Shown piece by piece: positions 16,561 to 26,205 of a stretch of 32,826 nt of DNA. Under the pieces are notes generated by a model. It saw only the letters and a program-made list of their open reading frames with translations. It was not told the DNA's origin and made no database searches. Within the stretch, counting starts at the first letter, position 1. Every line of letters begins with the position of its first letter. The position numbers and the translations under genes are program-made. The stretch is from a virus (Duplodnaviria > Caudoviricetes), in IMG/VR virus record IMGVR_UViG_3300036779_000280, positions 1 to 32,826 of that record. One strand, 5' to 3'.

Positions 16561-17625
16561 GTGAAATCACCGTTACGCCTCGCCGCGCTCAGTGTTGCCA
16601 TCAATAGTGCCGGGCCGCGTGTGCAGCTGTTTCCTGCCGGTGTTTTTCGTGCCAGGGACGGCAGACCCACCGATGCACCGCACTGGTATATCGATGCGGC
16701 TCTTGCGCAGGTGCTGATTGATGAAGCGGCGCAGCGCAACACGCCGTACTGCTTCGACTACGAACACCAGACCCTTCACAGCAAAACCAACGGCAAACCC
16801 AACCCTGCCGCAGGCTGGTTTACCACGCTTGAATGGGTGGAAGGCGAAGGCCTGTTTGCCATTGATGTGAAATGGACAGACGCCGCCCGCGCCATGATTG
16901 AGGCTGAGGAATACTGCTTTATTTCTCCGCTGTTCAATTACGACCTCCAGGGCAACGTAAAGCATTTGATTAACGCCGCGCTGACGAATACGCCTGCGCT
17001 GGATGACATGGAGGCGCTGATTGCGGCGGCTTCTCAACAACTGACGGGAGAAAACACCGTGGATGAACTGTTAGAACAACTGCGCTGGATTTTGAATTTG
17101 CCGCTGTCTTCTACCGCTGAAGACGTCAAGGGTGAGCTGCAAAAGCTGATTAACCGGCTTTCTGATAATCAGGGCACCGCCGCAGCCAGCGTCAGCCTGC
17201 TGGAGCTGCTGACCCAACAGGATGATCGCATCGCGGCGCTGTCAGCCCAGGCACCAGGCGTCCCTGATCCGGCCAAATTTGTGCCGGTGAGTGTACTCAC
17301 TGCCGTGCAGCAACAGTTGGCAGCCCTGAGCCAGAAAGTGACCGGCGGTGAAGTGGATGGGCTTATCCAGGCGGCGCTCAGCGACGGTCGTCTACTGCCG
17401 GATATGCAGGATTGGGCCAAGTCGCTGGGTAACAACGATATTGCGTCGCTCAAAGCCTACCTGGACAAAGCGCCGAAGGTCGCCGCACTCAACACGATGC
17501 AGACCGGTGGCAAACCGCCCGCCAATGCCCAGGATAAAACGGGTCTGGATGCCGACGCCCTGGCGGTCTGCAATGTGTTCGGTCATGACCCGAAAGACGT
17601 CGCCGCCTTATCACAGGAGATCTAA
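16561..17625 (+). CDS. Head maturation protease (Mu gpI/gp32)
   Basis: QLFPAG.FR.RDGRP, DYEHQTL, PAAGW, V.WT..A...I...EY.FISP.F, AALTNTPAL motifs. Confidence 0.92.
   Translation: MKSPLRLAALSVAINSAGPRVQLFPAGVFRARDGRPTDAPHWYIDAALAQVLIDEAAQRNTPYCFDYEHQTLHSKTNGKPNPAAGWFTTLEWVEGEGLFAIDVKWTDAARAMIEAEEYCFISPLFNYDLQGNVKHLINAALTNTPALDDMEALIAAASQQLTGENTVDELLEQLRWILNLPLSSTAEDVKGELQKLINRLSDNQGTAAASVSLLELLTQQDDRIAALSAQAPGVPDPAKFVPVSVLTAVQQQLAALSQKVTGGEVDGLIQAALSDGRLLPDMQDWAKSLGNNDIASLKAYLDKAPKVAALNTMQTGGKPPANAQDKTGLDADALAVCNVFGHDPKDVAALSQEI
17059..17625 (+). CDS. Scaffold protein (Mu gpZ-like), in-frame internal start within gpI
   Basis: GGGAG RBS followed by in-frame GTG at 17059 (MDELLEQLRWILNL...), as in the Mu I/Z arrangement. 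Confidence 0.7.
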   Translation: MDELLEQLRWILNLPLSSTAEDVKGELQKLINRLSDNQGTAAASVSLLELLTQQDDRIAALSAQAPGVPDPAKFVPVSVLTAVQQQLAALSQKVTGGEVDGLIQAALSDGRLLPDMQDWAKSLGNNDIASLKAYLDKAPKVAALNTMQTGGKPPANAQDKTGLDADALAVCNVFGHDPKDVAALSQEI

Positions 17626-17627
17626 CC

Positions 17628-18065
17628 ATGGCAGCCACTACCCAAGACCGTAACACCCCATACCGTGATTGCGAGCTGACGCCCATCCCGGTAGCCGCCA
17701 AGGAGAAGATCCCCGCTGGCGTCATTGTCTGCATCAATGCGGACGGCTATGCCATCAACGGCAAAGAAGCCCCCGGTCTGTTCTACGCCGGTCGCTCTGA
17801 TGACTCGGTGGATAACACTGACGGCGAGAATGGCGATCAGTACATCCTGGTGCGCAGCCACAAGGCGTTCTGCTGGGAGAACGACGGCAGTATTACCCAG
17901 GCGCACCTGGGCAAACGCGCCTGCATCCTCGACAACCAGACGATGACGGCAGACGACGGCAGTACCCCGGCATCGGAGGACGGCAAGGCAGAGGCCACGG
18001 CGGCTACCCGTTCCCAGGCGGGCACCATCATCATGATCGACACCGACGGTGTCTGGGTCTACTAA
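17628..18065 (+). CDS. Putative head decoration/cement protein
   Basis: DRNTP..VDNT.G..G...GVWV; located between protease and capsid genes. Confidence 0.6.
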   Translation: MAATTQDRNTPYRDCELTPIPVAAKEKIPAGVIVCINADGYAINGKEAPGLFYAGRSDDSVDNTDGENGDQYILVRSHKAFCWENDGSITQAHLGKRACILDNQTMTADDGSTPASEDGKAEATAATRSQAGTIIMIDTDGVWVY

Positions 18066-18077
18066 GGAGAAAGACAC

Positions 18078-18986
18078 ATGTTAGTGAATGCATCGACGGT
18101 TAAGGCGATTTTCGTCAACCTTAAACTGACCTTTAACAAGGCATTTGAGGCGGCCCCATCACAATGGAGCCGAGTGGCCACCCTGGTGCCGTCCAGCGGC
18201 AAATCGAACGACTATTCCTGGCTCAGCAACTTTCCGAAGATGCGCAAGTGGATCGGGGACAAGCAGATCAAGGCGCTGGAGGCCAACGGCTACACCCTGA
18301 TTAACGACGACTTTGAGGCTACGGTGGCCGTCAAGCGTAACGATATCAAGGACGACCAACTGGGTATTTACGCTCCCCAGGCGCAGGACGCAGGCTTCAG
18401 CGCCAAGCAGTGGCCGGATGAAATTGTGTTTGAGCTGCTCAACCGTGGCTTTACCGCGCTGTGCTATGACAAGAAGCCGTTTTTCTTCGACAAGCACCCG
18501 GTCGGCAAGGCGTTGTACTCCAACAAGGGTAATAAGCCGCTGTCTATCGATACTGTGGCCGCTGCCAGGGCATCTTACGGCGCAGCCCGTACCCAGATGC
18601 GCAAGGTGAAGGATGAGGAAAGCCGATCGCTGAATATCTTGCCAGACCTGTTGGTGGTACCGCCTGCGCTGGAAGACATTGCCAACGCGCTGATGACCGC
18701 CGACCGGCTGGAAGACGGCAAGGCCAACCCGTACAAGGGGACGGCAGAGGTGTTGGTCGAGCCGCGCCTGACCTCCGACACTGCCTGGTTCCTGCTGGAC
18801 ACCAAGCGCCCGCTGAAGCCGCTGATTTTCCAGCAGCGTGAAGCGCCGGAGTTTGTGTCGCAAACCGACATGAACGCGGACGACGTCTTCATGCGTGGCG
18901 AGTTCAAGTTCGGCGCGGAAGCGCGTGGCCAGGCCGGGTTCGGCTTCTGGCAGATGGCCTTCGGCTCTACCGGCGACGGAGCCTAA
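18078..18986 (+). CDS. Major capsid protein (Mu gpT)
   Basis: Y.WL..FP.MRKWIGD, FEATV.V.R.DI.DDQLG.Y, LVVPPALE, PLIFQQRE, GFGFWQMA motifs. Confidence 0.93.
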   Translation: MLVNASTVKAIFVNLKLTFNKAFEAAPSQWSRVATLVPSSGKSNDYSWLSNFPKMRKWIGDKQIKALEANGYTLINDDFEATVAVKRNDIKDDQLGIYAPQAQDAGFSAKQWPDEIVFELLNRGFTALCYDKKPFFFDKHPVGKALYSNKGNKPLSIDTVAAARASYGAARTQMRKVKDEESRSLNILPDLLVVPPALEDIANALMTADRLEDGKANPYKGTAEVLVEPRLTSDTAWFLLDTKRPLKPLIFQQREAPEFVSQTDMNADDVFMRGEFKFGAEARGQAGFGFWQMAFGSTGDGA

Positions 18987-18988
18987 CC

Positions 18989-19423
18989 ATGTACGCCACC
19001 CGCGAAGATATGGTGACCCGGTTCGGTGAGCGGGAAGTGATTTCCCTGACCGACCTCGCCTATGCCGGTGTGATTGACGATCAGGTGCTGGCAGGCGGTC
19101 TGACCGCCGCCAGCGACGAGATCAACGGCTATATCGCCGGGCGCTACCGCCTGCCGCTGCCCAAGTTGCCGCCCATTCTGAAAGGGATCGCCTGTGACAT
19201 TGCCCGCTACCGCTTGACCGGCACCGAGCGCGTCTGCAGCGACGAAATTCGCGACCGGTACCGGGATGGCATCCGCTATCTGGAGGGGGTGGCGTCGGGG
19301 CGCGTTAGCCTGGGAGCTTTTGAGGATACCGGCACTACGGTGCCGTCCAGCGCCACGGGAGTGAAGTTCTTTTCCGGTCGGCGTACCTGGGCGCGGCGCT
19401 CTACCGGCGGAGGGGGTTACTGA
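18989..19423 (+). CDS. Head-tail connector (Mu gpJ/gp36, DUF1320)
   Basis: MYAT..DM..RFGE.E, EINGYI..RY.LPL, CDIARYRL. Confidence 0.9.
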   Translation: MYATREDMVTRFGEREVISLTDLAYAGVIDDQVLAGGLTAASDEINGYIAGRYRLPLPKLPPILKGIACDIARYRLTGTERVCSDEIRDRYRDGIRYLEGVASGRVSLGAFEDTGTTVPSSATGVKFFSGRRTWARRSTGGGGY

Positions 19424-20070
19424 TGATAAGCAAAACCGAGTTGGCCATGATTGAGCGCTTGCACGCCGGTCTGGGTCAAATGGTCAAAGAGGTCAGCAGC
19501 TACGGCGGCGAGCTGGACGACGTCGGGGCCATTGTTCGGGCGTTACCGGCAGTGTGGGTCACCTTTCTGGGTATCCAGAGCACCACGCCGGTCAGTACGC
19601 ACAAGAACCGTTTTCGCGTGAATGCCCGCTTTGCGGTGATGGTCACGGCGTACAACGTGCGCCAGGAGGCGGCGCAGCGTCGTGGCGGGCCTCGACTCGA
19701 TGAAGTTGGATGCAATCTTATCATCCGCTCCGTTCGTCGCCTGCTGACCCGCCAAGATATGGGCTTGCCAATTGAGCCGTTTTTACCGGGCCGGGTCCGC
19801 TCGCTGTTCAGTTCCCGGCTCAATGAAAAAGCCATGTCGGCCTATGCCTGCGAGTTCGACACCGTCTGGATTGAGGATGCACTGGAGTGTGGCCACTGGC
19901 CTGCGCCAGAGGGTGACGATGACCCCGACCGGGTGTTTGCCTGGTATCGCGGGCGGCTCGATAAGCCGTATCCGATGCATGAAAGCACCGGGTTGGCGTA
20001 TCACCTAGATGGGCAAGGCCCGGCGGTAGCGCAAGACATTATTTCTACAGAGGCAAAAGACCATGATTAA
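19423..20070 (+). CDS. Tail terminator (Mu gpK/gp37, DUF1834)
   Basis: V.SYGGELD, PAVWVTF motifs; synteny. Confidence 0.85.
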   Translation: MISKTELAMIERLHAGLGQMVKEVSSYGGELDDVGAIVRALPAVWVTFLGIQSTTPVSTHKNRFRVNARFAVMVTAYNVRQEAAQRRGGPRLDEVGCNLIIRSVRRLLTRQDMGLPIEPFLPGRVRSLFSSRLNEKAMSAYACEFDTVWIEDALECGHWPAPEGDDDPDRVFAWYRGRLDKPYPMHESTGLAYHLDGQGPAVAQDIISTEAKDHD

Positions 20071-20290
20071 CGTGATCGCCCGTAAAGGTGTCCGGGTGCC
20101 GAAAGAAGAGACGCCCGATCGTTATATCACCGACAGCGAAGCGGTCAGCGTGGCGCAATCCGCTTACTACCGCCGCCGCTTGCGTGAAGGTGATTTGTTG
20201 TTGGCCACGGACACGCCGTCGGGCGGTGTCCTGGTGGCCAGCGTTCCAGATGAACAGGCTATTCCCGCTAAGGTTAAGGGGGCGAAATGA
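20063..20290 (+). CDS. Mu gp38-like (DUF2635) protein
   Basis: G.RVP.E..P..YI, YYRRRL.EGDL. Confidence 0.85.
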   Translation: MINVIARKGVRVPKEETPDRYITDSEAVSVAQSAYYRRRLREGDLLLATDTPSGGVLVASVPDEQAIPAKVKGAK

Positions 20291-21726
20291 GCATTGATGC
20301 CACTATCCCGATCCCGACGTACAAACCGGGGTATTACTTCGGGTTTAACACCACACTGGCCTCTCGTGCCCTGGCGACCAATGACCAAAAATTGGTGATC
20401 CTGGCACAGCGTACCACCCTGGCTAATGCTGCCGAGGGGCTGACGCCGGTCGATGTATTCAGCGACGAAGAGGCTGCTGTTTATTTCGGGCGCGGCTCCC
20501 AGGCGCACCGCATGGCCAAGGCAGCGATTTACGCCAACGGCTATCTGCAGTTGGCCATTGTCGGCCTGGAAGATGCTGCTGACGGTATTGCCGCGACCGG
20601 GGCCTTGACCCTGTCCGGTACCGCAACAGGTTCGGGCCAGGCTCGGCTGTCGGTGTGCGGTGTGACCGTTGCCGCCGCCGTGGCCAGCGGCGATACCGCA
20701 GAGGCCGTAATGACCGCGCTGGCGAAGGCCATCAACACGCGCCAGGAACTGCCCCTGTCTGCCAGCGTGGAAGACATTCCGGCGGAAGGCGGTGCCAAAG
20801 CGACCGGCAAGCAAATTACGCTGATTGCCCGCAATAAAGGCACCGTGGGCAATCAGGTGGGCTTGACGTCTACCGTAAACGCTGCAGGGCTGACGGCGAC
20901 ACTGAAGGCCATGAGCGGTGGCCAGGGCGACCCTGAGCTGGATGATGCCCTGGCGGCAATTTTTAGCGCCGGTCATACCCTGGTGATTTCGCCGTACTCC
21001 GATACGGCCTCGCTACGCACCTTGTCCACCTATCTGGATAAGGTCTCCGGGCCGCTGGAACAACGCGGCGCGGTCGGTGTCACCGGCTGGAACGGCACGC
21101 TGTCAACGGGCACTACGCTGACCACCACCGTCAACGCCGCCCGCATCAGCATGGGCTGGTACAACGGTTCAGCACTGCCGAACGGTGAACTGGCTGCCGT
21201 GTATGCCGCCATTATCGCGAGTGAGTCCGACCCGGCCCGCCCGCTCAATACCCTGGGATTACCAGGGCTGGATATTACTGGCCAGGATAAGTGGCCGGGC
21301 CGCACCGAGCAGGAAAATGCCCTGGGCAACGGGCTGACGCCGTTCGAGGTCAGCGGCAGCACCGTGCAAATCGTGCGGGCTGTCAGTACCTACGTCAAAA
21401 ACGCGATGGACGTCACCGACCGGTCACTGATGGATATCACCATCATCCGCTCCCTGGACTACGTGCGTCTGGCATGCCGTACCCGCATGACGCAGCGCTT
21501 CCCGCGTGAAAAGCTCACCGATACCCGCCTGGCACGTATCCGTTCCGAGTTGCTGGATGTGCTCTATAGCCTGGAAGCATTGGAGATCGTCGAGAACGTG
21601 GATGCGCTGAAAGACCAGCTCATCGTCACCCGCAACCTGCAGGATGATACCCGTGCAGATGCGACTATTCCGGCGTCTGTCGTTCGCGGCCTGCATGTGT
21701 TCGCAGGCACCATTTATCTGCTGTAA
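20287..21726 (+). CDS. Tail sheath protein (Mu gpL)
   Basis: FGRGSQAHRM, DPARPLNTL, NGLTP, IVRAVSTY, VVRGLHVFA. Confidence 0.93.
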   Translation: MSIDATIPIPTYKPGYYFGFNTTLASRALATNDQKLVILAQRTTLANAAEGLTPVDVFSDEEAAVYFGRGSQAHRMAKAAIYANGYLQLAIVGLEDAADGIAATGALTLSGTATGSGQARLSVCGVTVAAAVASGDTAEAVMTALAKAINTRQELPLSASVEDIPAEGGAKATGKQITLIARNKGTVGNQVGLTSTVNAAGLTATLKAMSGGQGDPELDDALAAIFSAGHTLVISPYSDTASLRTLSTYLDKVSGPLEQRGAVGVTGWNGTLSTGTTLTTTVNAARISMGWYNGSALPNGELAAVYAAIIASESDPARPLNTLGLPGLDITGQDKWPGRTEQENALGNGLTPFEVSGSTVQIVRAVSTYVKNAMDVTDRSLMDITIIRSLDYVRLACRTRMTQRFPREKLTDTRLARIRSELLDVLYSLEALEIVENVDALKDQLIVTRNLQDDTRADATIPASVVRGLHVFAGTIYLL

Positions 21727-21737
21727 AGGGGGCCGAC

Positions 21738-22106
21738 ATGGCACTGGAATACACAGGCTCTATCGTGCTGGAGGTCAACAGCACCGAGGTGGAGGTCACG
21801 GAGTTCAGCCCCCGTGAAACCACCGGTAAAAAGCTGGTCAAGACAATGAACAGCGCCGGACGCGCCAAGGGCTACACGCAAGGCATTGCGACCTGGGAAC
21901 TTTCTATCACAGCGGTGGTACCGGTCGACCAGAACGTCAACTGGGCGAAGATTGCCGGGGCGAAACTGACCCAGTACCCGTTGACCGGCGGCAAGCGCAC
22001 TACCTATCAGGACGTGTTTGTGACCGAGGTGGGCGAGCAATACACCGTGGATAACGAGGCCCGCATCAACATCAGCGCCTTTGCACTTAACAAGATTGAG
22101 GAATAA
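21738..22106 (+). CDS. Tail tube protein (Mu gpM)
   Basis: 122 aa beta-rich ORF directly after the sheath gene. Confidence 0.85.
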   Translation: MALEYTGSIVLEVNSTEVEVTEFSPRETTGKKLVKTMNSAGRAKGYTQGIATWELSITAVVPVDQNVNWAKIAGAKLTQYPLTGGKRTTYQDVFVTEVGEQYTVDNEARINISAFALNKIEE

Positions 22107-22109
22107 TCG

Positions 22110-22490
22110 ATGGACTTTACCCATAGCGGCACTTTGCCGATCGGCATCTTTTACCAGGACAAACTGCACCGTGATTTTACCGTGCGCATGAGCACCGTGG
22201 GTGATGAAATTGCCGTGGTGGAAGACGGTATCCCGGACTCCGGTACCCTGGTCGGCGTGCTGGCACGGTGTCTCACCGCGCTGGGCAACATTCCGGAAGA
22301 GGAGATCACTTATCAGCTGTTGTGTGATGCGCTGGTCTCGGAGGATTACCAGGCCCTGCGCGCCGCCCAGCAAGAGGCGAAAAAAAAGCTCAGCGAGCTG
22401 AAGAACGCCTCGGCGATTACCGATACGCCATCATCCGGCTCGGCCAGTACGGCTACAGCGAAGAGCGAGTCAAAGGACTTAGCGCTGTAG
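22110..22490 (+). CDS. Tail assembly chaperone (gp41-like, lambda G analogue)
   Basis: Between tube and tape measure; contains a slippery A-run. Confidence 0.8.
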   Translation: MDFTHSGTLPIGIFYQDKLHRDFTVRMSTVGDEIAVVEDGIPDSGTLVGVLARCLTALGNIPEEEITYQLLCDALVSEDYQALRAAQQEAKKKLSELKNASAITDTPSSGSASTATAKSESKDLAL

Positions 22491-22639
22491 CCTTGAGTGG
22501 GGTTCTTGATGCCATCCACCGGCTGGAGAACCCCAAAGGCTGGAAAAAGAGCAAGTCGAACACCGTTAAAAGCCTCCGTCGCCCACGTAGCGGGCGCGGT
22601 GGCTCTCCTGCCCGCCGCCGCAAGAACAACCGGAAATAG
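22380..22639 (+). CDS. -1 frameshift extension of the tail chaperone (GT-like C-terminal part)
   Basis: A8G run 22380-22388 (A AAA AAG); -1 frame open (AQRAEERLGDYRYAIIRLGQYG...KNNRK) to TAG 22639, 3 nt before the TMP start. Confidence 0.8.
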
Positions 22640-22642
22640 CGT

Positions 22643-24886
22643 ATGGCCCGTGAATTTGATACCCAGATAAAGTTTGGGGTAACGGATAACGCGACGCCGC
22701 GCATCCGTTCCCTGTCTGCTGAATTCCGCCGCATGAGTAGCGCCCGTGAGACGCTGGGCATCCAGTCAGAGCGAAATATTCAGCGCGAGATTGATCGCAC
22801 GATTGCCTCCTATAACCGCCTGGAGCGCAGCGGCACGATGTCCGCCGCCGAACAGTCACGCGCGTTTGAAAAAATACAGTCCACAGTGGCCAAGCTGCGG
22901 CAGGAGATGGCAGCAGTAGAGCGCCAGCAGTTGAGCGCCTCCTCCATCGAATTCCGCCGTATGAGCAGCGCCCGCGAGACATTGGGCATCCGCTCGGAGC
23001 GTAACATTCAGCGCGAGATCGCCCGGACTATTGCCTCTTACAACCGTCTGGAACGCAGCGGCACAATGTCCGCAAGCGATCAAACCCGTGCCTTTGAGAA
23101 GATGCAGTCCACGGTGGCCAAGCTGCGCCAGGAAATGGCCGGGGCAGAACGCCAGCAGCGCAGCTGGGGCAAGGCGGCGTTCGCCATTGGCAGCGGTATC
23201 GCGGCAGGAGCCATGACGCTGCGCAAGCCGATCAACGACCAGGCCAGCTACAGTATGCACCTGGCTGAGCTGTCCAACCTCGCCTTCAATAAGGAAGACG
23301 TGGCCGGACGTATCACGGGCAAAAAGCAGCTGGATGCCAGTATCCGCAAAGCGCTGCGGTCGGGAGGCGGCACACCGGAGCAGGCGTTTGCCGCCCTGCA
23401 GTCGATGATCCGTTCCGGCTCCATGACCGTCACCGAGGCGCAGCAGTCTCTGCCGGGTGTCATGATGAATGCCTCCGCCACCGGCTCTGACCCGGAGGCC
23501 GTGGCTAACCTGCAGGCCAGCGCCTATAACTTCGGACTGTCAAAAAAAGATGCGCTCTCCGCGCTGAGCGTGACCACTACGGCGGCGCAGCATGGCCGCG
23601 TGGGTGTCCCGCTGCTGGCCAGGGAAATGCCCAAGGCGCTGGAGTCGGCGAAATCCGCCGGTTTTAAAGGCCGTGCGGGGTTCTCCCAGGTGGCAGCGCT
23701 GTTTGAGGCCGCCGCCATCGGTGCCGGTACGCCAGAAGAAGCGGCGACCAACGTCACCAACCTGCTGGCCGAGCTGACCTCCAGTAACCTGGCTAACAAC
23801 GCCAAACACATCACGATCAAGGGCAAAGGCGTCGATTTTAAGGCGTTGTCAGTGAAGGATGCGTCCAAAGGGCTGACGCCCCTCGATACCGTCAATAACC
23901 TGGTCGATACCGCCCTGAAGTATGACAAGAACTATCAGGGGCTGGGTAAGAAGCTGGCCAACACAAAAGACGAAGGCGAACGCACCTCACTGGAAGCCCA
24001 GCGCGACCTGATTGAGGGGCAGTACATTTCGCAGCTTTTCCCGAATCAGTATTCCAAAAACGCCTTCCAACTCTATCGCCGGCAAATACCCTATTTCAAC
24101 AAGCTGCAGCATGAGCAGATGGAGCAGTTTGATCTGCCGGCAGAGAAGCGGTCTGCCGAGCTGGACTTCGACCTGATTAAGCAGGAGCCAGAGTTCCAGA
24201 TGCACCAGGCTCAGAACGAGAAGCTGTTTGCCACTAACGATGCCATAGCGCCGGTTGCTAAAACCCTGGGCGATCTGGCCGACTATGGCTCCAAGCTGGC
24301 GCAAGAGTTCCCTGGGCTGACGACAGCGGCAGCCGGTGCAGCCGTCGCCATTACGGCACTGGGGGCTGCAGCAGCAGTTAAATCCGGTGCTGACCTGCTG
24401 ATGGGCCGTGGTGGTGGTGTCACGGCAGGTAAAGCTGGCGGAGGCGTGCTGGGCAAGCTCAAGGGGCTTTTCAGCAAAGGTGGCGCAGGCATCGCGGAAG
24501 GTGCAGCCACTGCAGGTAAGGCGGCGGGCATGTTGAAGTGGGTGCCGTTCCTGGGCGAAGCCGCGATGGCTTACCAGGGTTCCCAGGACTTTCCGTTGAT
24601 TGATATCCAACGCGGCAAAGACCAGGCGGCAGAGGCCCGCGCCAGGGGCGGCGAGTCAAACCCGGCGATGATGGCGCTAATGCCTCAATCTGCCGGGGCA
24701 CTGGATGCCCTGGACGAGATCCGCAAATGGTTCTCCGGCAGTGACCAGGATAAGGCGGCAGATAAAGGCGCTGCAGCGGCACCTGTACCCGCCGCGCCGA
24801 TCGTTAACCTGACGGTCACGCTGGATGGCCGCGAGATTGCCACCACGATGGAACAACGACTAGACCGCGATGGGAGAAGAAAATAA
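22643..24886 (+). CDS. Tape measure protein (gp42-like)
   Basis: 747 aa Ala/Gly-rich helical protein in the canonical position. Confidence 0.9.
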   Translation: MAREFDTQIKFGVTDNATPRIRSLSAEFRRMSSARETLGIQSERNIQREIDRTIASYNRLERSGTMSAAEQSRAFEKIQSTVAKLRQEMAAVERQQLSASSIEFRRMSSARETLGIRSERNIQREIARTIASYNRLERSGTMSASDQTRAFEKMQSTVAKLRQEMAGAERQQRSWGKAAFAIGSGIAAGAMTLRKPINDQASYSMHLAELSNLAFNKEDVAGRITGKKQLDASIRKALRSGGGTPEQAFAALQSMIRSGSMTVTEAQQSLPGVMMNASATGSDPEAVANLQASAYNFGLSKKDALSALSVTTTAAQHGRVGVPLLAREMPKALESAKSAGFKGRAGFSQVAALFEAAAIGAGTPEEAATNVTNLLAELTSSNLANNAKHITIKGKGVDFKALSVKDASKGLTPLDTVNNLVDTALKYDKNYQGLGKKLANTKDEGERTSLEAQRDLIEGQYISQLFPNQYSKNAFQLYRRQIPYFNKLQHEQMEQFDLPAEKRSAELDFDLIKQEPEFQMHQAQNEKLFATNDAIAPVAKTLGDLADYGSKLAQEFPGLTTAAAGAAVAITALGAAAAVKSGADLLMGRGGGVTAGKAGGGVLGKLKGLFSKGGAGIAEGAATAGKAAGMLKWVPFLGEAAMAYQGSQDFPLIDIQRGKDQAAEARARGGESNPAMMALMPQSAGALDALDEIRKWFSGSDQDKAADKGAAAAPVPAAPIVNLTVTLDGREIATTMEQRLDRDGRRK
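22721..23158 (+). repeat. Tandem in-frame duplication in TMP, 228-bp period
   Basis: 22721-22930 and 22949-23158 both encode EFRRMSSARETLGI.SERNIQREI.RTIASYNRLERSGTMSA..Q.RAFEK.QSTVAKLRQEMA..ERQQ. Confidence 0.95.
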
Positions 24887-26205
24887 TGGTTGATATCGTG
24901 CATGACCTCGCGGGCGCACTGGGCATCGATACGTTGCTCCCGGCCTCGTTCCGGGGCGTTGAGTTCGACTGTCTCTATACCCGCGACACCCTGTCCAGGG
25001 ACACTGTGGCCTATGAGTACCCTTACCGCGACGGGGCCGAGGTAGAAGATCAGGGCATGAAGGCGATGAATTTTCGCCTGTCTGCGCTGTTCTGGGGCAA
25101 CAGCTATCAAACCGAGCTGAAAGCCTTTCTGAAGACGCTGAAAGAGGCAGGATCTGGCGAGTTGATCCACCCGGTCTATGGCTCCATCCCCAAGGTGCAG
25201 TTTTTGGAGGCAGGTGTCGAGCATGAGGTCGAACCGCTCAACGCCGTCACCGTTGAGCTGGTCTTTATCGAGGCGACTACCGAGCAGGCGCTGTTTGCCA
25301 CAGTCTACCCGGAGACCAGTACCGACAGCCTGCTGGACAGCGTGAAAAAAGGCTTCAGCGATACCATGGGATGGATTAAACAGGCACAGGATGCGATGGG
25401 CCGGGTCAGTAACATTATTGCGTCGGTGGAGTACGTGGTGCAGTCGCTGGCCAATGAGATCCAGAGCACCATCGGCAGTGCCCTGAACTATCTGGACTAC
25501 CCGGCGGCCTTTGTCTCCGACCTGAAAACCCTGCTGTCGGCCTTTACCGATCGTCTGGACTTTAACGAGGTGACGCGCCTGACCGACTGGCAGGCGGTAC
25601 GCGCCCTGGGTAAGCAAGTGATCACATTGCAGGACACCCGTTTCACGGCCTCGCAAACAGCCGATAGTGGTGGCGTATTTGTGTCAACGTTGCACCGCGC
25701 CAGCATCATGCCCCAGGAAGACAGAGACCTGGTCAATCAGGTTGTCCGATTGGCTGTCATCAGCGAGTGGGTGGAAGTCGCCGCCGATATCATGGAGTAC
25801 GAAAGCGAGACGCCGACGTTGGCCGCGACGGATATCGAGCGCATCACCAATGATGTCCGGTCACTGATTGTTGAGGCCATCCAGGTACAGCGATCCATGA
25901 TGGCCACGCGGCAGCAGCAGGCGCAATTGACCTATGGCGTAACGCAGGATATCAGCAATGATGCGGCACAGATTGCGGAGCTGCAGGCGTTTGCCTACAC
26001 CCTGCAGACGTTGGCCAGGGGCGTTATCTTAACGCTGCCACCGTTGGTAAAACGGGAGGTTAAACGCGCCTGCAACCTGCATTTACTGGCGTTTGAATGG
26101 TATGGCGATCGCCACCGTGCCGTCGAGCTGGCGCGGCTCAATCCGACCTTACGTAATCCCAACAGTTTACAGCCAGGGGACGTGCTCTATGCCTTCGCTA
26201 AATGA
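24886..26205 (+). CDS. DNA circularisation protein (Mu gpN/gp43)
   Basis: ASFRGV.F, YEYPY.DG..VED.G, G.LIHPV.G; C-terminal LAF.WYGD..RA.EL.RLNP. Confidence 0.9.
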   Translation: MVDIVHDLAGALGIDTLLPASFRGVEFDCLYTRDTLSRDTVAYEYPYRDGAEVEDQGMKAMNFRLSALFWGNSYQTELKAFLKTLKEAGSGELIHPVYGSIPKVQFLEAGVEHEVEPLNAVTVELVFIEATTEQALFATVYPETSTDSLLDSVKKGFSDTMGWIKQAQDAMGRVSNIIASVEYVVQSLANEIQSTIGSALNYLDYPAAFVSDLKTLLSAFTDRLDFNEVTRLTDWQAVRALGKQVITLQDTRFTASQTADSGGVFVSTLHRASIMPQEDRDLVNQVVRLAVISEWVEVAADIMEYESETPTLAATDIERITNDVRSLIVEAIQVQRSMMATRQQQAQLTYGVTQDISNDAAQIAELQAFAYTLQTLARGVILTLPPLVKREVKRACNLHLLAFEWYGDRHRAVELARLNPTLRNPNSLQPGDVLYAFAK

